This document shows positions 8,824 to 15,900 of a DNA stretch of 34,051 bases, in pieces. Below the pieces are notes generated by a model, which was not told the DNA's origin, did no database searches, and was given only the letters and a program-made list of their open reading frames with translations. The position numbers and the translations under genes were made by a program. Within the stretch, counting starts at the first letter, position 1. Each line of letters begins with the position of its first letter. This stretch comes from a virus (taxonomy: Duplodnaviria; Caudoviricetes), in the IMG/VR virus record IMGVR_UViG_3300020061_000017, positions 1 to 34,051 of that record, one strand, 5' to 3'.

Positions 8824-9154
8824 CCTGGAAGAGACGAAATTCACGGCACTGCTTACCTTCATGTCCAGCAACCTCGATGACTGGCGGGCTGACGGCGGTA
8901 ATTGGTGTTCCAACGGACCTTTGCGCTGCTGGAATAACGGTAGTCGCTATCTGATTCGCGTGGCTTTCCACGATATCTACAACGTGGAGATCGCGGAGGG
9001 CGACGTTAAGTCGCCAACAGCGCAGAGAATTGATGCGGTTTCGGAGAGAGCGTTGGAGCTTCGGAAGCTCAGGGAAGACCAGAGAGCCTGCCAAGAAATC
9101 CAAGATAGTCTGTTCCCGCCGAGGTCCCGTCCTTGGTGGAAGTTCTGGGGATGA
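8810..9154 (+). CDS. Hypothetical protein with C-terminal RPWWKFWG amphipathic tail
   Basis: AAGGA SD before ATG 8810; C-terminal PWWKFW motif. Confidence 0.65.
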   Translation: MNTCDLEETKFTALLTFMSSNLDDWRADGGNWCSNGPLRCWNNGSRYLIRVAFHDIYNVEIAEGDVKSPTAQRIDAVSERALELRKLREDQRACQEIQDSLFPPRSRPWWKFWG

Positions 9155-9654
9155 TCAAAATCTGTAGTGCCGGCCGCTCTGGCTCCGCCTGGCTAGCGAA
9201 CGTCCTCTCCGCTTGTTCTCTCAACGTCGTCCACGAGTTCCTGCCGTACAACGTAGTGAAGCCGGATGCTGTCTCAGACACCACTTGGCTGTGGAATCCG
9301 AATGAGTTCTGGGGGTCGCTGTCGCCGGAAGACGCGGTGGTTATCCTCGATCGTGAGGAGGAAGGCCGCATGGCCTCCATCAACAAGCTCCTCGGTACAC
9401 GCGACTGGTCTGTCCTGAACCAGCGCTGGAAGGAATTTCTAGCGATGTCCTTTGAATCCACCCATCGACACATTCACCGCTTCAGCTACGAGAACCTCTT
9501 CGACCTCACCAACCGGGATCAAATCAGGCACGTGTTATTTCAGCAGGGACACTCTGATGCGAACCTGGACCGTCACTGGAACTTCTCTATCGGGATGAAA
9601 ACTATCAACTGGAAATCTGAGATGGACTGCAAAAGGAGCTTGGGCCTCGTATGA
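9151..9654 (+). CDS. Sulfotransferase-fold / P-loop-like protein
   Basis: N-terminal ICSAGRSGSAWLANVL...VVHE resembles the 5'-PSB loop; VVILDR......S resembles the 3'-PB motif; FSYENL follows. Confidence 0.6.
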   Translation: MIKICSAGRSGSAWLANVLSACSLNVVHEFLPYNVVKPDAVSDTTWLWNPNEFWGSLSPEDAVVILDREEEGRMASINKLLGTRDWSVLNQRWKEFLAMSFESTHRHIHRFSYENLFDLTNRDQIRHVLFQQGHSDANLDRHWNFSIGMKTINWKSEMDCKRSLGLV

Positions 9655-9860
9655 GCGATCACCAATACCAGATCACTCGCCGAGAGATCAAGCTGTTCCA
9701 CGCCTTCATGGATGTTCTGCATGACCTGCTGGACAGGATGTCTATGGACGACGACGCCAAGCACTTCATAGACGATGATCTGTTGGACAGCCACTACGCC
9801 GTACGGAGCATTGCTCAGGACCTCTTGGACAAGACTACGAACAAGGCGGAGGTCTATTGA
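9651..9860 (+). CDS. Hypothetical protein
   Basis: AGGAG upstream and ATGA overlap. Confidence 0.65.
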   Translation: MSDHQYQITRREIKLFHAFMDVLHDLLDRMSMDDDAKHFIDDDLLDSHYAVRSIAQDLLDKTTNKAEVY

Positions 9861-10117
9861 GCGACGACAACGTAGTCCCCTTCAAGAAGAACATCTCTCC
9901 TGACAATCTCCCTGAATGGCTGTACGGCTATGCCACTCTGATTGCAGAGATGAAGGAAGAGCTTAGGCCAGTGAATGTCCTGGTCATAGAGAACTACAGC
10001 AAAGAGCAGGACACAGAGCACAACCTTTGGATAGGAGGTCCCAAGATGCAAGCACTGGAGCTTATGGGGCTGTTGGCAGCAGTACAGTTTATGGTTCAAC
10101 ACGAGAGTCTTACGTGA
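9857..10117 (+). CDS. Hypothetical protein
   Basis: GGAGG SD with TTG start; N-terminal NVVPFKK motif common in phage proteins. Confidence 0.7.
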   Translation: MSDDNVVPFKKNISPDNLPEWLYGYATLIAEMKEELRPVNVLVIENYSKEQDTEHNLWIGGPKMQALELMGLLAAVQFMVQHESLT

Positions 10118-10142
10118 TTATTTGGGGGCTCGCTTCGCGATG
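10116..10142. repeat. Dispersed repeat, copy 1 (GATTATTTGGGGGCTCGCTTCGCGATG)
   Basis: Near-identical to 15662-15690 with a 16-nt exact core GGCTCGCTTCGCGATG. Confidence 0.75.
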
Positions 10143-10442
10143 CGTAGCATGATCGGCCTGTTCCGGTCCCCGCCTGAAGCAAAAGGCACGTACTCCGAAG
10201 TTAGTAGTGCAGTTGCACTCTGGCAGGAGCATAGATTCCTAGAGGAGTTCTGCAAGGTGCGGCTGTTTCCTGGGCAAGAGCGAGTCCCGCTTACCCGCTG
10301 GGAAAAGATCAAGTCGTACTTGCCATTTACTTGGCGTAGCAATCACGAGACGAAGATTATCAACAAGCCGCTAGAGCATCCGGTGACTATCAAGTTTTAT
10401 CGGAGCACGCCGTACATCGTAGAGCCCACTAACAATGAGTGA
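10140..10442 (+). CDS. Hypothetical protein
   Basis: Fills the gap in operon orientation; start uncertain (10122, 10140 or 10149). Confidence 0.55.
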   Translation: MRSMIGLFRSPPEAKGTYSEVSSAVALWQEHRFLEEFCKVRLFPGQERVPLTRWEKIKSYLPFTWRSNHETKIINKPLEHPVTIKFYRSTPYIVEPTNNE

Positions 10443-10668
10443 AATAGACCGAGGCGTAGCCCTCGCCCACGAAGCACAAGCTCTCCTGTGCAACATGCTC
10501 CGAGTCAGTGCGGCAGTGGAGATTGAAGAAGCCCTACACATCCTAGACGACATCATCCTTATCTTTCACAACACGAGGAATAATGAAAGCAGCAGCAAGA
10601 AAGAAAACATCAGTGAAAAAGAAGACCCGTACGGTCGCGGCGAATACAGCGTCGCTGAAGACTGGTGA
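10435..10668 (+). CDS. Hypothetical protein
   Basis: Coupled start; the 3' end overlaps the next gene by 86 nt. Confidence 0.5.
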   Translation: MSEIDRGVALAHEAQALLCNMLRVSAAVEIEEALHILDDIILIFHNTRNNESSSKKENISEKEDPYGRGEYSVAEDW

Positions 10669-10948
10669 GTTCGAGACGCTGCCGCTGGTTTGGATCAAGT
10701 GGCTCGATGCGGCGCATAGTCCCGGCTCAGGATGGACTTCCAGCGAAGACTACAAGCCTGGATTGCTCGCATGCGAAGCAGCGGGGTTCCTAGTGTTCGA
10801 CGGAGTGAATGAGTTTGGGGAGGAGTGCGTGGTCTTAGCCTCAGCTCTGTCCTACCAGATCGACGGCAAGCCGGATGTCTCTGAGGGGTTCTCCTTGCCT
10901 AAGAAGATGGTCCTTGAGATGCGCGTCATAGACAGGAGCAAGAAGTGA
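10583..10948 (+). CDS. Conserved-type phage hypothetical protein
   Basis: GAGG SD; LVWIKWLDA....GW...C...GFLV...LPKKMV is a pattern seen in small phage beta-barrel proteins. Confidence 0.75.
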   Translation: MKAAARKKTSVKKKTRTVAANTASLKTGEFETLPLVWIKWLDAAHSPGSGWTSSEDYKPGLLACEAAGFLVFDGVNEFGEECVVLASALSYQIDGKPDVSEGFSLPKKMVLEMRVIDRSKK

Positions 10949-11130
10949 AAGAAGCTGTGTCGAACGAGCTTTTCATTCTGGGAGAATTAGTTGCGGCCGT
11001 GGCGAAGTCGCCGGGCATGGCGGACTGGATTGACTTCGAAGCACTGGGGACGGCAATCCGCAATACGGGTTATAGGCTTAGTGCCGGTCCAGAAGCGCTC
11101 TACGACATCCTCGGGGATGGTTCGCTGTGA
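10945..11130 (+). CDS. Hypothetical protein
   Basis: AGGAG SD and GTGA overlap. Confidence 0.65.
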   Translation: MKEAVSNELFILGELVAAVAKSPGMADWIDFEALGTAIRNTGYRLSAGPEALYDILGDGSL

Positions 11131-11372
11131 GCGAGAGCGAGATCGATTGGGGTGCGTTGAGCCGCATCCGGACGGACGAGAATCAGTGGAAGAAGGTAGT
11201 CACCTACTACTATTACAGTGGAAAAACGCGAACCGTCTATTGGCAGGATGGGAAGGTTTGCGACGTGTCCAGAGACGGACATCCCGGCGAGAGATACTGC
11301 GACGTTAAGACAACTTTGAAGACCGCATGGCGCATCTTTTGGGACGGGCCTGACGGGAAAGGGAGGAGCTGA
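11127..11372 (+). CDS. Hypothetical protein, last gene of the + arm
   Basis: GTGA overlap; ends immediately before the terminators. Confidence 0.6.
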   Translation: MSESEIDWGALSRIRTDENQWKKVVTYYYYSGKTRTVYWQDGKVCDVSRDGHPGERYCDVKTTLKTAWRIFWDGPDGKGRS

Positions 11373-11373
11373 C

Positions 11374-11401
11374 AAAAGAAAAGCCCCGACTGAGCGGGGC
11401 T
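11374..11401 (-). terminator. Rho-independent terminator for the morphogenesis (-) arm
   Basis: AGCCCCG-actgag-CGGGGCT stem preceded by AAAAGAAAA, which is a U-tract on the minus strand. Confidence 0.85.
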
Positions 11402-11418
11402 ATAAGTGAAGCATTGTC

Positions 11419-11445
11419 GGGGGCCTACGGGCCCTCTTTCTTTTT
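11419..11445 (+). terminator. Rho-independent terminator for the + arm
   Basis: GGGCC-tacg-GGCCC stem followed by TCTTTCTTTTT. Confidence 0.8.
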
Positions 11446-11735
11446 CAGGAATCGTTGAGCTTGCGCAGTTCGGTTTTGTCTGCGTCGCACAAGCCGAGTT
11501 CCAGTCGATATGCGTTGCGCTCGTAGAGCAACTGGTCGTTGCACAGTTCCGGCTTCCCGTTGCGTGTGCAGGCGGGAGCGGCTGGCTGATAGACGCAGGG
11601 CTTGGTTAGCTCAGGCGGGATCGGTGTCTTGACATACTTAGTCACTTCAACCGGAACGGGCTTGACGATGGTACGCGGAGCACAGCCGGAGACGCATACC
11701 AGCGCGGCCAGTGCGAACACTCTGTAGGCGCTCAT
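11445..11735 (-). CDS. o-spanin (Rz1-like outer-membrane lipoprotein)
   Basis: MSAYRVFALAALVCVSGC lipobox; Pro-rich PIPPELTKPC; C-terminal Cys/helix; ATG 11735 overlaps the i-spanin TGA. Confidence 0.85.
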   Translation of the reverse strand: MSAYRVFALAALVCVSGCAPRTIVKPVPVEVTKYVKTPIPPELTKPCVYQPAAPACTRNGKPELCNDQLLYERNAYRLELGLCDADKTELRKLNDS

Positions 11736-12103
11736 TGCAGTGCCCCACACGCGGGCTGCTGCGCCCATATCTTGCATTCGCCGGACATCATCTCTCGCAG
11801 TGTCTTGTCCGCCTTGCCAGCCTTCGCGATCAGCGCTACACGGGCCTTGTCAGCAGCATCAACGGCAGCCTTCGCAGCCTTTGCATCGGCGAGACGACCT
11901 TCCTCGCAGACCTTCTTGTCCGACTCAAGTCGAGCAATCACATCTTTGCTGGCTGTAGCCGTATTTTCTAACTGTGAAATGACGGCTGTAGCCTTCTTTT
12001 CCGCAGCGTCGTAGCCCGACTGGTAGATGTTGTGATGGATGCGCCAACCTGCGGCAATCAGTGCAACGAGCAACACGAGTGCTGCTATGAGCTTAGTGGT
12101 CAT
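11732..12103 (-). CDS. i-spanin (Rz-like inner-membrane protein)
   Basis: N-terminal TM segment LIAALVLLVALIAAGW, Ala/Lys-rich coiled coil, C-terminal CKIWAQQP. Confidence 0.85.
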   Translation of the reverse strand: MTTKLIAALVLLVALIAAGWRIHHNIYQSGYDAAEKKATAVISQLENTATASKDVIARLESDKKVCEEGRLADAKAAKAAVDAADKARVALIAKAGKADKTLREMMSGECKIWAQQPACGALQ

Positions 12104-12143
12104 GAGCTTCGCTCACTCGGCGAAGCGACCGGCGCTTGCGCCT

Positions 12144-12659
12144 TCATCGAGCAGACGTAGAGCGGGGGAACATGTACCTGCCACCACCAGCCATGATGTC
12201 TCGTGATCCCATCTGCTGCTGTTGCTGCTGAGGAGCCATCGTCTGTATCGGAGGACGTGCTCGGGGATCGCCGTATTGGATGTCAGGCGGAAGTCCACGC
12301 GGGTCTCTTTGAGCCATTGGGGCCGGATAGCTCATCTGATCGACAGTGGGCTGCCCCATGAATCCTGCTACACCGTCAGTACCAAAGGAGCCGTTCGTCA
12401 TTGGGGACCCGCTCCGCTGCGTAGCACCGGCATAGACGCCGGGATTCTGCTGCTGTTGCTGCTGTCGCAGTCTCCAAGCAGCCAGTGCAGACACCGGAGG
12501 ACGAGGGGCCTGATAGGCTCCGACATTGTTAGCCAAGCCTGGGTTGCCGGAGACGGTGTTCGCCTGATCGGCACTCCGCTGATCCGGACCGCGGACACTT
12601 GCCATGCCAGCTCCATGAGCGGCGCGAAGGGAGTCCAAGTAGCCTTGTGAAGTTGCCAT
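12144..12659 (-). CDS. Low-complexity G/Q/P/M-rich protein, probably disordered
   Basis: Two poly-Gln tracts, an A/C-rich leader and operon orientation. Confidence 0.65.
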   Translation of the reverse strand: MATSQGYLDSLRAAHGAGMASVRGPDQRSADQANTVSGNPGLANNVGAYQAPRPPVSALAAWRLRQQQQQQNPGVYAGATQRSGSPMTNGSFGTDGVAGFMGQPTVDQMSYPAPMAQRDPRGLPPDIQYGDPRARPPIQTMAPQQQQQQMGSRDIMAGGGRYMFPRSTSAR

Positions 12660-12688
12660 GTTCTATTGTTCCGTTAGTGTTACAAAAG

Positions 12689-12697
12689 TGATATAAT
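12689..12697 (+). promoter_or_regulatory. Extended -10 sigma70-type element TGnTATAAT
   Basis: Perfect TGATATAAT in an AT-rich intergenic patch; no good -35. Confidence 0.45.
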
Positions 12698-12959
12698 GTA
12701 CAGGGGGCCTATCCCAGAGGGGATGAATGTCGTACGGTCCTGTGGCGTGGGGCGATGTGTTAACCCGCACCATTTCGTTTTTAAGAGATCGGGTGCTAAT
12801 GCAGGCGGAGAGTCGAACAGACATGCCAAGTTAGATTGGAAGAAAGTGACGGAGATCAGATCGGACCCGCGCCCCAATCCGATCCTAGCTGAAGAGTACG
12901 GCGTCTCGCCCGGCACCATATCCAATATCAAGACCGGTTACACATGGAAACTGTTTTAG
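12696..12959 (+). pseudogene. Degenerate HNH homing endonuclease fragment with C-terminal HTH DNA-binding domain, antisense to the late operon
   Basis: GPIPEGMNVVRSCGVGRCVNPHH is an HNH remnant whose catalytic His position is Arg; GESNRHAKL...EIR...LAEEYGVSPGTISNIKTGYTW follows. No N-terminal domain. Confidence 0.7.
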
Positions 12960-15900
12960 TCCGTGAGAAGTTGTTCGTAATTCCTGCGAAGCAGGCTTAG
13001 TTGTTTTCGACGGTTCGCAAAGTCCTTCTTGATCTCTGCTTCCCGCTGTGGGTCGTTGTAAAGCGCTGACTGCATCTTCCGATCGAGGAAGTCCCCGTCC
13101 CCACCGAAGGATGACGGTTCAAACTTTCCGTTCTTGATTCCGTTCGCGAGAGACTTGGGGAGCTTCGCTTCCTTGACAGTATCAGCAATGATGTCTTTCG
13201 CTGCGTCAGGACCAAGGATTGTCTTGAGGGCCTCGGCCTTGTCGTTCAGCTCGCGGAACAGATCACGCTCTTTGCTGAGATAGTCGGTGTAGCGTTCCTT
13301 CAGCTCTGCGTCAGTGGACGGGTCTTCACGGCCGAAGGACTTGGAGAAGAGAGTCTTTAACTCAGCAGCCTTGTCCTTCAGGTCGTAGCTCGAATAGAGC
13401 ATCTGCTTGCGTGAATCCATCTCATACATGGGCAGACCGGCCTTCTGAGCTTGGACCACCTTCTGATTGACACCACGCTTCTGCATCTTCTCGATGCGCT
13501 GCGCTGTCACTACTGCACCGGGCTTGAACGCTTCGATGGCGAGCTTCTGTTTCCCTTCGGTATCAATCTCCTTGCCGAAGCGGTTCTCGCCAGTAGCGAT
13601 TCCGAGAGCGGCTGACAGGGCAGGGCCCGGAGTGAAAAACTGATCCTTCAGCCAGCCGTATCCCGCGTCTCCCAGATTCGCAAGAGTCTTCTGTAGGCCC
13701 TCGTCTTTCTTCCACGCCTCCATCTCACGCCGAGCGAACGTCGTAAGCGGCGAAGCGGGATCAAGACGTGTGGCGTCCATATAGATAATCTTGCCCGACT
13801 TGGGATCGACATCCGCTACGTTGAGAGCGTCGCCTCCTTGGTAGTCAGGGACGAGCTTGGTCATCGCCGAGTTCTTCTTGTCATCGTCGGTCCCAGAGAG
13901 GCCGAACATCGAAGAGAGAATCTTCGGATAGACGTAGGTGGCAAGGCTCATCGAGGTTGCTGTCCCGACGAGCTGAGCAAAGCCGTAGTATTTCTGAGCC
14001 GGTGTAGCGCCGTTCAACAGATCGGATGCTCCGCGCTGCACCTGGTTCTTGTACGAGCGAACCACTTCTCCCGACCACGTAGCGAAGTTGCCGAGGAGCT
14101 GGGAGGTTCCTTTGACAGCAGGTGCAGCGCGTCCCCATGTGGGCACTTCATCGCGGGCGACATTGGCGGAGTATTCGATGAGCTGCTTGCGGCTCCACTC
14201 GGGATGGAGCTTCTTCTGTATCGTCATCTCGCCGTAGAAGAACTGGGCACGAGCGGCGTTATCAGACAACTGATACACGTCCGTCATCGTGGACATGATC
14301 TTGGCACCCGCGTTCGCTGTCGCTCGTCCTACTCTCTCGACAGGACCGGCTTCGTCGTACTCAACTTCCTTCTCGACTCTTGACCTAACCTTCTTCAACT
14401 CGCCGAACTGCGCGCCGTCGCGAAGGATGCCGTGGCGAATGAGCGTCGATGCTTCATCGGGTGTTAGCTTCCCGAACAGGTCCTTGACATTCATCTCCAG
14501 AGCTTTGAACGTCTCCGGGATGCCGAGCATCTTCCCCATCATTCCGTGCTGAACGGCGGTCTTTGCCATCAGCGCCATGTTGGAGTAGTTGTTCACCATG
14601 AACGTCATCGGGGAGACGACGGTCTTCAGCATCTTCGCTGGTACAAGGAACGCACGAGAGCCGAACTTGGCTACGCTGAGAACAGCATCCCTGAACGTCT
14701 TGGACGCCGTGTCCTTCATTGACGTGAGCTGAGTCTCTAGACTCTCTGCAACGTCGGGGCGTGTGTACTTACCAGCGAGCGGGCCGTAGTCGTCGTTCTC
14801 AGGGAGCTTGCTGTAGAAACCCTGCGGAGCGTCTTCCTTGTCGAAGAACAGCTTCCCGTCATTGTCCTTGAAGATGCGATTAAGCATGCCCTGCTTGGCA
14901 GTCAGCGCAGCGAGGCGAGACAGCGTGAAAGCCGACTCCAGACGCGGGTCTTTGAACTCGCCCCAGAAGTCTCTAATCGGCTTGGGCACATTGGAGCGAC
15001 GCTCAAGGATCGACGAGTTGCGGGCGGCTTCCTTCGTCACCTCAAAGGTCTGCTTCCCTCGTGGATCAGAGATGTCGTTGAGGATGTCCTCTACTTGAGC
15101 TTCGACAGGACGCTTGGAAGCCGGATCAATCAGGTTGTCTTGAATGAACTTGGTGATGTTGGCGACAGCCTCAGGATGTTTCTGCTCCTGTCTCCAGCGC
15201 CAATAGGGCTTGCCCTTAGCTTCTGCTCCTGAGAGGGCATAGCCGATGCGATCGACGATGTTCGGCTTGATCTCGTAGACGCCGTACGCCCTCGTCAGAT
15301 AGTCGCCGGAGGCCAGCGACTCGTAGAGCATGTTGGACATGTCTCTGCCGTTTTGCTTGATGCCTTGGGAAGCCAACTCAGCCTGGTACTTGGCAATCTG
15401 GGAGCGGGTGTCTGTGACAGCACCGCGCATCTTGGGCTCAAGGGCCGAGAGAGCAACGTCGTCTCCCTGCATGGCCTTGCGCACTACGTCCTTTCCAGCG
15501 TCATCGAGCTTCTTGAAGCCAGCTTTATCGAAGAGCTTGGCAGCCCTGTCTGCTAGGAAGTCTCCTTCTCCGCCACGAAGAGCTGCTTCTTCCTTCTGTT
15601 TAGCGAAGAGGTCTCCGCCTTTCCAAGAGACGAGCTGTGCTGCTTTACGTCTCCAAGAGGGGATTATTTTGGGAGGCTCGCTTCGCGATGTTTCCGATGG
15701 CTTCGCACTAGCCGCTGCGCCGTATTCATCCGCAGGGGCGTTGTAGACACCGTTGCGTTCCTTACCGATGAGACGATCGTGCGGGCGCAGGTCTCCAAGG
15801 AACTTGTGCTGGGCAGCGAACAGCGCATCAAGCGCAGTCTCCGCTTTCTCCGGCAGGTTGAGGATTCCACGCACACCGTTTACGACAGCTTCGTACATGT

